Shown here: positions 23,381-32,403 of the stretch, piece after piece
Layout: each line of letters opens with the position of its first letter
Position numbering within the stretch: the stretch's first letter is position 1
Source: an uncultured Actinomycetes bacterium
GTDB lineage: Bacteria; Actinomycetota; UBA4738; HRBIN12
Assembly: GCA_963714865.1 (NCBI GenBank)
Contig: CAVQPR010000001.1
Location: 1,342,942 to 1,406,941, forward strand
Reading direction: 5' to 3'
DNA length: 64,000 bases
Notes under the pieces: generated by a model
Told to the model about the DNA's origin: nothing
What the model saw: the letters and a program-made list of their open reading frames with translations, nothing else
Database searches by the model: none
Translations under genes and position numbers: made by a program

Positions 23381-25771
23381 TCAGGCCTCAGGCGGTGCCT
23401 CGCCGCGCAGCGGCGCGTCGGCCAGCACCTCGGCCATCACCCGCTCCCCGAACACGTCGACCTCGAGCCGCTCGCCCCGCTCGATCGCAGCCGGGAGCGA
23501 CGCCGTGACCAGGTGCCGGCCCACCGTGTACCCGAGCGCGGAGCTGCGCACCCGTCCCAGCGTCTCGTCGCCGCGCACCACGGCCTCCCCGCCGTACGCG
23601 GTCACGTAGCCTCCGTCGCCCAGGCCCAGGGCCCGTAAGCGATGCGACGGCTCGGCCCGCGCGAGCAGGGCGTCGCGACCGACGAAGTCCCGATCCTCGG
23701 AGACCACGAAGGCCCCCAGCCCCGACGCGAACGGGTCGTCGCTCGCCGTCAGGTCGCTCCCCAGCGCCCGGAAGCCGGCCTCCAGTCGCAGGCCGTCGAT
23801 CGCCCGATAGCCGCACGGCTCGATCCCGTGATCGCGTCCGGCCAGCATCAGGGTGTCCCACACGTGGACCGCCCATCCGGGCTCCACGTACAGCTCCCAA
23901 CCGGGCTCCCCGACGTAGCTCACGCCCTGGGCCCACACGTCGACCCCGGCCACCGGCAGTTGCGCCCCGTCGAACCGGCCGGGGCCCCGCACGCCCAGGG
24001 CGCCAAGCGCGTCGGGCGCCGCCACCCCCCATACGGCGATGACCGCAAGGTCCTCGGACACGTCGCGCAGCGTCACGTCGTCCCCGGCGTGCATCCGGAG
24101 CCATCCCAGATCGGCGTCGACGGCCGCCGCGCCCGTGACGACCCGGAACCGGTCCTCGGCCAGACGCACGACGGTCACGTCGGACAAGATGCCGCCGTCG
24201 GGGGCGAGGAACTGCGTGTACACGATCCGCCCGACCGGACGGTCGATGCGGTTGGCCGACACCCGCTCGAGGAGGGCGAGTGCGCCGGTCCCGCCGACCT
24301 CGATCTTGCCGAACGAGGACAGGTCGAACAGGCCCACCCGCTCCCGCACGGCCGCATGCTCCTCGCCGACTCGGCCGAGCCACGGGGGCGGGGCGAACCC
24401 GTAAGCCCGCTGGTCGGCCCCCGCGCGACGCCACGCCGCTCCGGGCTCGAAATGGTCCGGGCGCTCCCAGCCGTGCTTGACCCCGAACACCGCGCCAGCG
24501 TCCTGGAGTGCCGAATGGAGCGGCGATACGCGCCGTGGCCTCCCCCATTCATCCTGGTCGAAGGGGTATCGCTGCAGGTAGTAGTAGCGGTAGGTCTCGC
24601 GGGCGAGCTCGGCCACCCAGGCGGGATCCTCGTGGACGCTCCCGAAGCGCCAGGGCCGGTAGGGCGCAGACATCCCACTCCGTATCGCCCTCGACGATCG
24701 CCTGCGAGAGCATGCGCCCCATCCCACCGGCCCCGCCGAATCCGTTGAGCGAGAGCCCGGCCGCCATCCAGAAGCCGCGCACGCCCGGGACGGGTCCGAG
24801 GAGCGGGTTCGCGTCGGGCGTCATCGCGTCGGGGTGACACACGAGCTTGACCATTCCGGCACCTTCCAGGAACGGGAACCGCCGGATCGCGCCGCGCATC
24901 AGCGGCTCGAACCGTGACTGGTCGGCGGGCAGCGCGGTCGCCCCGTGACCCCAGGGAGCGCCGTCGATCCACCGGGCGGCCGGGTCGCCCTCGTAGCCGC
25001 CGAACAGGATGCCGCCGGCCTCCGACATCCCGTAGACGAGGTTGTCGGGATCGCGGAAGCACGGCATGTCCCGCGGCAGCTCGTGCCCAGGGGCCGCGGC
25101 GATCGCCACGTGCTGATGGTCCACGGGGGTCGAGGGCACGCGGACTCCGACCATCGCCGCGACGCGAGGGCCCCACAGCCCGGTGGCGTTCACCACCACC
25201 TCGGTCTCGATCCGCCCCCGCTCGGTCGTCACGGCGGCCACCGACCGCGCCGGCGTCAGCTCGATCCCGGTGACGCGTTCGTTCGTGAGGATCCGGGCCC
25301 CCAGCGCCCGGGCGCCGTCGGCCAGCGCGTGCGTCGCCGAGTGCGGGTCCAGGTGGCCGTCGCCCGGCATCCAGACCGCGCCGTAGAGGTCGTCGGGGCT
25401 CACCGCCGGCATCAGATCGAGGGTCTCGGCCGGGCCCAGGAGCTCGGCGTCGAGGCCGATGCCCGCGGGCCCGGGACACGCCACGCTGCAGTTCCTGCAG
25501 CTGGGCCGGGCTCGACGCGATGCCGCAGCGATCCCACCCCCTCGAACACGCCGAGCGAACGGTAGAGCTCGATCGAGTAGCGGCGGAACCGCATCATCGT
25601 GGGCGACGGGTTGAACGCCGTGACGAGCCCGGCCGCGTGCATCGTGGAGCCGCTGGTCAGCTCGCCCTTGTCGATCAGGCAGACGTCGTCCCATCCGGCC
25701 AGGGCCAGGTGGTAGGCGACGCTGCATCCGGTCACCCCGCCGCCGATCACGACGGCGCGCGCGCGATCCAC
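23381..25771 (-). CDS. GcvT-family FAD/folate-dependent amine oxidoreductase (frameshifts near 25520-25470 and 24665)
   Basis: GGGVTG, GSTMHAAG, DAMTPDANP, FGVKHGWER, SYVGEPGWE, GLRLEAG across ORFs 25412..25771, 24549..25727 and 23381..24727. Confidence 0.85.
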
Positions 25772-25799
25772 CCCTGCTCCTTCCCCGGACCGTGACGTG

Positions 25800-25831
25800 C
25801 GACGGGGCGGGACCGAAGCCCCGCCCCGTCG
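25800..25831 (-). terminator. Strong intergenic stem-loop with a C(UUCG)G tetraloop
   Basis: Minus strand CGACGGGGCGGG-GC-TTCG-GT-CCCGCCCCGTCG; no U-tract. Confidence 0.6.
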
Positions 25832-25847
25832 ACGTGCGCCCTCCGGC

Positions 25848-27482
25848 CTACTCCGGCGGGATCTCCTGGAACGCGTACTCCACCTTCAGGCCCTTCTTGG
25901 CCTGAACCGATCGCATCACGAAATACACGATCAGCCCGATCGCGGCCGTACCCAGCACGATCAGGTACGGGAGCGAGTCGGTCGAATACGCGAGCCCCAG
26001 CTCGGGCACGAACAGGAACGACAGGACCATGAACCCACCCAGCAGGAAGCCGAGCAGCCCGACCAACGTGACGGTCGGCAGGTTCCCGATCTTGTATCTG
26101 GCACCCGGCGAGGCCTCGTACACCGCCTTGGCCCGGTAGGGCAGCAGGGCGGCGGCGAGGGCCGAGATCACCATCACGGCGCCGTTCGCGAACGTGACCC
26201 CCAACGTCCACCGCGTCCAGCTGCTCACCTTGTTGTACCCGTAGATCACGGGCAAGGCGGCCAGGAAGTACGCGATGTGCGCGTTGACCGGGGTCTTGAA
26301 CTTCGGGCTGACCCGCGAGAACCAGTCGGGCAGCAGGCCGTCGAGCCCCTGCGCGACCATGATGCGGGTCGTGCCGATGTAGCAGTTACAGACGATCTGG
26401 AACGAGTTCAGGATGAACCCGAGCCCGATGAGCAGGACGATCACCCAGCTTCCGGTGAGCCCCATCGCCATCAGGTTCGGGAACATGTAGTTCCCGCCGA
26501 TCGTCGCCTCCGGCACGGCGTACCAATACCCGGACGACGCCGTGAGGATCCCGTCGGTGCCGATCCCCTTCTGCATGGCCAGGGCCAGCAGGATCAGCAG
26601 GCCGGCCACAGCGGTGAGCGATCCGACGAGGATGAACACCTGGTTGCGGAACACGTGGGCGTTCTTGACCTCGCCGCCTTGTTCCACCGAGTAGGTGGCC
26701 CACTGCAGGCTCGTCCACGCGATCGGCGCGACCATCAAGGTGCCGAACAGCCAGAACGGCGGGTTGAAGTCCACCCCGGCCGCCGCGGCCGCGCCCTTGG
26801 CGCTCGCGAAGAACCCCGTGACGCCGTCGACGCTGTTCGCGAAGCCGTCGAGCTTGAGCTGTGCGGCCGTCGGGTTGGTCGTCAGGAACAGCAGGAGCAC
26901 GAGGCCGAACGAGATCAAGATCGCGTACCACATCACGAACTGGAACCGCACGTAGTTGCGGAACCCGCTCACGAGCAGCACGAGCGCGACCCCAGCGTTC
27001 ACGACGCTGATGATGATGATGCCGTTGGCCGACGCGGCCCACGTCCCGATGTCGGTGAACGTGCTCACGCCGGTGGTCACGCCCAGGCCGATGAACGTCG
27101 GCGCGATGCCGAGCGTCGCCATGAGCCAGCCGGACAGTGCGACCCACTGCAGGATCCACACCACGAAGAACGCGAACACGACGGTGAACCCGAACCCTCC
27201 GCCGAAGACCCTGCTCTGGAACACGTAGTCGCCTCCGGATCGAGGCAACGCCGTGGCGAGCCAGGCATAGGCGAGCGCGATCGGCAGTTCGAACAGGAAG
27301 GCGAACCCGATGCCGAGGACGAGGTTGGAGCCCTGGAACGCCGTGGGCGCCCACAGGTACGTCCACGGGAAGATGACTCCCATCGTCAGCACGTTGTAGA
27401 TGAACGCCGAATACGGTGACATCACCCGGACGAGCCCGGAGGCCCGCCGCGTGAATACCTGCGGCGCTGCTGCTTCCGCCAT
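25848..27482 (-). CDS. APC family amino acid/amine permease
   Basis: FTRRASGLVR, PRSGGDYVF, about 12 TM segments, C-terminal FQEIPPE. Confidence 0.9.
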   Translation of the reverse strand: MAEAAAPQVFTRRASGLVRVMSPYSAFIYNVLTMGVIFPWTYLWAPTAFQGSNLVLGIGFAFLFELPIALAYAWLATALPRSGGDYVFQSRVFGGGFGFTVVFAFFVVWILQWVALSGWLMATLGIAPTFIGLGVTTGVSTFTDIGTWAASANGIIIISVVNAGVALVLLVSGFRNYVRFQFVMWYAILISFGLVLLLFLTTNPTAAQLKLDGFANSVDGVTGFFASAKGAAAAAGVDFNPPFWLFGTLMVAPIAWTSLQWATYSVEQGGEVKNAHVFRNQVFILVGSLTAVAGLLILLALAMQKGIGTDGILTASSGYWYAVPEATIGGNYMFPNLMAMGLTGSWVIVLLIGLGFILNSFQIVCNCYIGTTRIMVAQGLDGLLPDWFSRVSPKFKTPVNAHIAYFLAALPVIYGYNKVSSWTRWTLGVTFANGAVMVISALAAALLPYRAKAVYEASPGARYKIGNLPTVTLVGLLGFLLGGFMVLSFLFVPELGLAYSTDSLPYLIVLGTAAIGLIVYFVMRSVQAKKGLKVEYAFQEIPPE

Positions 27483-27515
27483 ACCCCCCTCCAATCTGTG
27501 CGGTGGTTCCTCCGG

Positions 27516-28520
27516 CTACCCGGAGGTGAACTGCTGTCCCACCACGTCGCCATCCCGGATGGCGACGATCACGCCTCGCAGCACCCCCTCTCCGTACTCG
27601 CTTCCCGGGTTGTACGCGGGGGTCCGGTCGAATTGCGCCGACCCCCGGGCCTCATGGATGTGTCCGTGCAACCCCACGGTGGGCTGGTACCTCGTGAGCG
27701 CGTCGGTGACCGACTGGGAGCCCGCGCCGTAGTACACGGGCTGACCCCGCTCGATCAGCGGGGTGGGCGGCCACACGCTGGCGTCCAGCTTGAGACAGCT
27801 GTCGAGCGTCGAGTCGAGCGGCGGACAGTGGAAGTTGAAGACGGCCCGGCCGGGGTCGGCGACATCGGCGAGCAGGTCGTCGATCACCTTGCCGATCTCC
27901 TCGTCGGTGCGCTCGCGAGGGGTGTCCCAGGGCGTCGGCGTCGAGTAGCCCACGGTGATGAGGGTATGGACCTCGTCGTCCAGCGGCACGACCCGGTTCT
28001 CCGCGCTCACCACCCGCTCCTGTGGCGCCTCGTCGAGGGCGCTCAGCACCACGTCCGTGTCGTCGTTCCCCCCGCATAGGTACACCTTTACGTGGGTCCC
28101 GTCGAGCCGCTCCTCGGCCAGATTCACCCACTCGGCCAGTCGTTCCTTGGCCAGGACATCGAACAGGTCGTCGATGCGGTCCTGATCGCCGACGTAGGCC
28201 TCGTACTCCTCGGGATCCATCTCCTGCCAGTAGAACCCCAGGGTCTGCAGGGCGCGCTTGAACTGAACCATCGCGTCCGGCGAGGTGATGTGGTGGTCCT
28301 GGCCCTGGAGGTGAGCACGCCAGGAGTCGCCGACGTCGCTCACGATGGGGACGAGCATCTTGCCCATCAGGTCGCCCCCGAACACGAGGGCGTCGACCTC
28401 GTAGAACTTGGCCGCGTTGAGGAACTTGCGGTACGTGGGCTCGGAACCGTGGATGTCGCTCGCGTAGAAGAGGCGGGTGGGCGTCCCCTTGGATGCCCCC
28501 TTCTTCGAGAACAGTCCCAT
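27516..28520 (-). CDS. Metallophosphoesterase (Icc-related); in frame with the upstream nucleotidyltransferase-like ORF
   Basis: SDIHG, GGDL, GNDD, FHCPP, HGHIHE, NPGSEY; own SD GGAGGAGG at 28533-28526. Confidence 0.85.
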   Translation of the reverse strand: MGLFSKKGASKGTPTRLFYASDIHGSEPTYRKFLNAAKFYEVDALVFGGDLMGKMLVPIVSDVGDSWRAHLQGQDHHITSPDAMVQFKRALQTLGFYWQEMDPEEYEAYVGDQDRIDDLFDVLAKERLAEWVNLAEERLDGTHVKVYLCGGNDDTDVVLSALDEAPQERVVSAENRVVPLDDEVHTLITVGYSTPTPWDTPRERTDEEIGKVIDDLLADVADPGRAVFNFHCPPLDSTLDSCLKLDASVWPPTPLIERGQPVYYGAGSQSVTDALTRYQPTVGLHGHIHEARGSAQFDRTPAYNPGSEYGEGVLRGVIVAIRDGDVVGQQFTSG

Positions 28521-29288
28521 CACGGCCTCCTCCGTGAGCGCGACCTCATCGACCTCGCGGTACCAACGCTTCCGATCGCCCACCTTGGCGCGGATCTTCC
28601 ATCCCGTCGACTTCGGCTGGGCCTCGATCCTCTCGAGCGCGGCCGCCACCTGGGCCGAGACGCGCCCGGTCTCGTCGGTGGTGAGGGCGTCGTAGTGCTC
28701 CGCCATCTGGCGCACCTTGTCCAGGTTCATCGTGAGGGTGCGCCACCACCCCCAGTCCTTCGCACAGATCTTCGCCACACGGGCGACGTTGATCGTGTCG
28801 CGGTCGTCGTCGCCCAGGGGGTACTCGAGGAGGAGCATCATCGTGTCGATCAGGTCCTTCTCGTTGATCTCGACGATCTGCATCTTCTGCAGGAGCAGGT
28901 CCGACAGCGGGATCGTGTCGGGATCGATCTCCAACCGGCCCTTCCACAACACGGTGTGGCAGAACTCGAGCTTGTCGAAGAACACGTCGATATGCAGCCC
29001 CGTCCCCGGGTGCTCGGCCACGACCCTCGTGCCCTCCGACCCCACGTAGACGTGCGGGTCATCCACGTATCCCGCCTCGGCCAGCATCTGCCGGATCGGA
29101 TCGGCCTGCTTGCCGTACGCGGCGAAGTCGATGTCGGTGTAGTGGCGGCCGAGCCGTTCACGAAGGTACTCGTGATCGGGGCACCGTCGAGCGAACGCGA
29201 CGGCGCCCAGCACGCGCAGGATGAGACCCCGCTCGTTCGCCATCTGCAGGAGACGCTCGGCCTCGGCCTCGAAGGTCTCCCTATCCAC
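28521..29288 (-). CDS. Nucleotidyltransferase-like protein (pol-beta fold, 256 aa), N-terminal part of ORF 27516..29288
   Basis: LRVLGAVAF followed by TDIDF (DxD) and a third acidic strand HIDVF; KMQIVEINEKD. Confidence 0.65.
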
Positions 29289-30081
29289 GCCGTCTCCCGG
29301 AGGCGGCGAGCTCGGAGGCGACGACCACGTCGATCCCCGCGTGGGTCAGCTGGGCGCGGTAGTCGTCGTCGAGGCCGGCATCGGTGACGACCGCGGTCAC
29401 GCGGTCGAGGGTCGCGACGGCGAAGTCGGCGATCGTTCCGACCTTCGTGTGGTCGGCCACCACCACCACGTCGCCGGTGGTCTGCTCGATCATCACGCGG
29501 GCGACCTCGGCCTCGGGGGCCGCTGGGGTCGTGAGGCCGGTCCGAAGCGACAACCCCTCCACGCCGATGAACGCCCGGGTCGCGAAGACGCGTCGCAGCG
29601 CCTCGATCGCGAACCCGCCGACACAGGAATTGGACTGCGGGCGGTAGTCACCCCCCACGAGCAGGAGCTCGACGCCGTGCTCGTCGGCCTCCATCGCCAT
29701 GCCGACGTGGTTCGTCACGACGCGAGCCCCCGAGGCGCGCAGGTGCCGGAACACGTGCAGGGTCGTCGTGCCCCCGTTCAGGAACACGGTGTCACCGGGG
29801 CGAACCAGCGCGGCGGCCGTGGCTCCTATCGCGCGCTTGAGCTCGGTATTCGCGGTCGAGGCCTCCGAGTAGGGGGTCTCGGCGCTCAGCCGCTGGGCGA
29901 GGATCGCTCCCCCGTGCGTGCGCTCGAGCGCGCCCCGTTGCTCCAGCTCCTCGAGGTCGCGGCGCACCGTGACCTCCGAGACCCCGAACTCCTCGGCCAG
30001 CGCCGACACTCGGACCGCGTGGCGCTCCCGCAGCAGCGCCTCGATCCGACGGTGCCGTTGTGCCGGAAGCGGCTGTTCCAC
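29281..30081 (-). CDS. DeoR/GlpR family transcriptional regulator
   Basis: VSEVTVRRDLEELE, RTHGGA, LNGGTT, VVTN, ADHTK; GTG start with GGAGG upstream. Confidence 0.93.
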   Translation of the reverse strand: MEQPLPAQRHRRIEALLRERHAVRVSALAEEFGVSEVTVRRDLEELEQRGALERTHGGAILAQRLSAETPYSEASTANTELKRAIGATAAALVRPGDTVFLNGGTTTLHVFRHLRASGARVVTNHVGMAMEADEHGVELLLVGGDYRPQSNSCVGGFAIEALRRVFATRAFIGVEGLSLRTGLTTPAAPEAEVARVMIEQTTGDVVVVADHTKVGTIADFAVATLDRVTAVVTDAGLDDDYRAQLTHAGIDVVVASELAASGRRRG

Positions 30082-30119
30082 GCATCCCTCCACGGGCTCA
30101 CGCCAAGGGCGCTCATGAC

Positions 30120-30160
30120 CGAACGGGAGCGAGTTTGTTCGTTTCCGACCGAGAACGCAA
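30120..30160 (-). promoter_or_regulatory. Putative deoR operon promoter with operator-like palindrome
   Basis: Minus strand TTGCGT, 17 nt, CAAACT; on plus CGTTT-N8-GAACG at 30140-30157, TGTTCGTTT at 30136-30144, CGAACGGG at 30120-30127. Confidence 0.5.
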
Positions 30161-30179
30161 GCCTGCCTTCGCCTGCGAC

Positions 30180-30206
30180 CGAACCCCGCCGAGGAGTGAT
30201 ACGAAT
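30180..30206 (+). promoter_or_regulatory. SigK-like ECF promoter
   Basis: CGAACC-N15-ACGAAT resembles the mycobacterial SigK consensus CCATCC-N15-CCGAAT; 9 nt upstream of ATG 30216. Confidence 0.4.
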
Positions 30207-30215
30207 CTCGAACAG

Positions 30216-31835
30216 ATGGCATCGCCCCACACCTCGACACCGACCCACGCAACGTCCGCGGGCGCCGAACGGCGGTACGGCGCGATCGCCGGACTCCTGG
30301 TGGCGGCGGTCGCCCTCGCGGTAGCGCACCTGGTGGCCGCGGGCATCGATGGGCGGTGGTCGCCGGTGGTCGCGGTGGGCAGCGCCGCGATCGACCTGTC
30401 GCCGCCCGCGCTCAAGTCGTTCGCCATCGGCGCGTTCGGCGTCAACGACAAGGCCGTGCTCCTTGTCGGCATCGTGGTCATGACGGCGCTCGCGGCGGCG
30501 CGTCTCGGCCAAGCGGCGATGCGGCGGCCGCGCGCCGGCTATCAGGGCCTCCTGGTGTTCACCGCCGTCGGCGTGGCGGCGGGACTCTCGCGGCCAGGCG
30601 CGAGCGCGGCGGCCGTCGTCCCGGCCCTGGCGGGCGGCATCGCGAGCTCGGCCGCCCTATGGGCGCTGTTGCGGACGCGCCGGTCGGCGGCCGAGGAGCA
30701 AACAGGAGCGGCCGACGGGGATGGACGAACGGAGCCGGGGCCGATCGCCACGCCGAGCGGTCCGGGCACCGTAGATCGACGCCGATTCATCGGGGCGGGT
30801 GCGGCGATCGGCGGCATCGCGCTGGCCGCCGGAGGGCTGTCCCGCGTGGTCGGCTCCTGGAGCCGCGTGGACGCATCCCGGCTGGCGCTCGAGGCTCCCG
30901 AGCCGGCCTCGGCCGCCGCGGTGCTCCCGAGGGGCGTGCAGGTCGACGCCCCGGGCGTCTCCCCTTTCATCACGCCCAACGACACGTTCTACCGTGTCGA
31001 CACCGCCCTGTTCACGCCTCGGATGACGGCAGAGAACTGGCAGATGCGGATCCACGGGATGGTCGACCGCGAGATCCGCCTGGACTACGCCCAGCTGCTG
31101 GCCCGCCCGCTGATCGAGCGCGACATCACGCTCTCCTGTGTCTCGAACGAGGTGGGTGGCGGCTACATCGGCAACGCGCGGTGGATCGGCGCCCCGTTGC
31201 GCGACCTCCTCGAAGAGGCCGGCGTCCATCCGGAGGCCGACCAACTCCTGTCGACCTCCACCGATGGTTTCACCGCCGGGTCCCCCACGTCGGTGATCAT
31301 GGACGGACGCGATGCGATGCTGGCCGTGCAGATGAACGGCGAACCGCTGCCCGTGGAGCATGGCTTCCCGGTGAGGATCGTCGTCCCCGGCCTCTACGGC
31401 TACGTCTCCGCGACCAAGTGGGTGGTGAGCCTGGAGCTGACCACGTTCGCCGCGGCCCAGGCGTATTGGATCCCCCGAGGCTGGGCCGCGCAGGCGCCCA
31501 TCAAGACCGCCTCGCGGATCGACGTCCCGCGTGACCGGGCCACGGTCGATCCCGGGACGGTGGCGATCGCGGGGGTCGCCTGGGCGCAGCATCGCGGGAT
31601 CGCCAAGGTCGAGGTGCGCGTCGACGACGGGGCGTTCGTGGAGGCGACCCTGGCGATCGAGGACACCGAGGATACGTGGCGCCAGTGGCTGCTCCCCTGG
31701 GAGGCCACATCGGGGGACCACGTGATCGCCGTCCGCGCGACCGACGGCGATGGCGAGACCCAGACCGAGGATCGAGTGCCGCCTGCCCCCGACGGTGCCA
31801 CGGGCTGGCACACGATCCGCGTCACGGTCCGCTGA
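30216..31835 (+). CDS. Membrane-anchored sulfite oxidase-family molybdopterin oxidoreductase
   Basis: N-terminal TMs, internal RRRFI, FYRVDTA, LSCVSN, EHGFPVR, PGLYGYVSATKW. Confidence 0.9.
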   Translation: MASPHTSTPTHATSAGAERRYGAIAGLLVAAVALAVAHLVAAGIDGRWSPVVAVGSAAIDLSPPALKSFAIGAFGVNDKAVLLVGIVVMTALAAARLGQAAMRRPRAGYQGLLVFTAVGVAAGLSRPGASAAAVVPALAGGIASSAALWALLRTRRSAAEEQTGAADGDGRTEPGPIATPSGPGTVDRRRFIGAGAAIGGIALAAGGLSRVVGSWSRVDASRLALEAPEPASAAAVLPRGVQVDAPGVSPFITPNDTFYRVDTALFTPRMTAENWQMRIHGMVDREIRLDYAQLLARPLIERDITLSCVSNEVGGGYIGNARWIGAPLRDLLEEAGVHPEADQLLSTSTDGFTAGSPTSVIMDGRDAMLAVQMNGEPLPVEHGFPVRIVVPGLYGYVSATKWVVSLELTTFAAAQAYWIPRGWAAQAPIKTASRIDVPRDRATVDPGTVAIAGVAWAQHRGIAKVEVRVDDGAFVEATLAIEDTEDTWRQWLLPWEATSGDHVIAVRATDGDGETQTEDRVPPAPDGATGWHTIRVTVR

Positions 31836-31907
31836 CCCCACGATCCGTGAGCGCGTTCGGCCGGCCCGCCATATAGTCCGTTCGCCCGGATCGAGGAAGG
31901 GGGAGCC

Positions 31908-32363
31908 ATGCGCAAGATCGCGTTGCTCGCGGTCGTCGCCACGGTGGGGGTGATCGTCTTCGCCGCGGTGGTGCAGTCCGCCGGAGCGGGAGGACCGATG
32001 GTGGTGACCGTCGTCGAACACGTCACCACCGACAAGGTGATCGACGTCGGCAAGCCGGGGGATTCGTCCGGCGACCTGCTGACGTTCGCCAACCAGGTGT
32101 ACGACGACACGAACACGTCGCGTGTCGGCCGAGACCAGGGAAGCTGCATCCGCATCAGCCCGGGACGAGGGCTGTGGCAGTGCAGCTGGACCACATGGTT
32201 CAACGGTGGCTCGATCACCGTCGAGGGCCCGTTCTACGACGATAGGAACAGCACGCTCGCGATCACGGGCGGCACCGGCGTCTATTCGTCGGCCACCGGG
32301 TCGATGAACCTGCGGTTCCGCCCCGACCCGACCGAGCTCGACTTCGTCTACACGATCGGCTAG
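31908..32363 (+). CDS. Secreted dirigent / allene oxide cyclase barrel-like protein
   Basis: Signal peptide; GDSSGD.LTF, VGRDQGSC, GSITVEG, AITGGTGVY. Confidence 0.7.
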   Translation: MRKIALLAVVATVGVIVFAAVVQSAGAGGPMVVTVVEHVTTDKVIDVGKPGDSSGDLLTFANQVYDDTNTSRVGRDQGSCIRISPGRGLWQCSWTTWFNGGSITVEGPFYDDRNSTLAITGGTGVYSSATGSMNLRFRPDPTELDFVYTIG

Positions 32364-32373
32364 GCACCCGAGC

Positions 32374-32403
32374 GAGGGCGCGCCCGGCAACGGGCGCGCC
32401 CTC
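32374..32403. terminator. Bidirectional hairpin between convergent genes
   Basis: GAGGGCGCGCCCG-GCAA-CGGGCGCGCCCTC, a perfect 13-bp stem with a GNRA loop. Confidence 0.7.
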
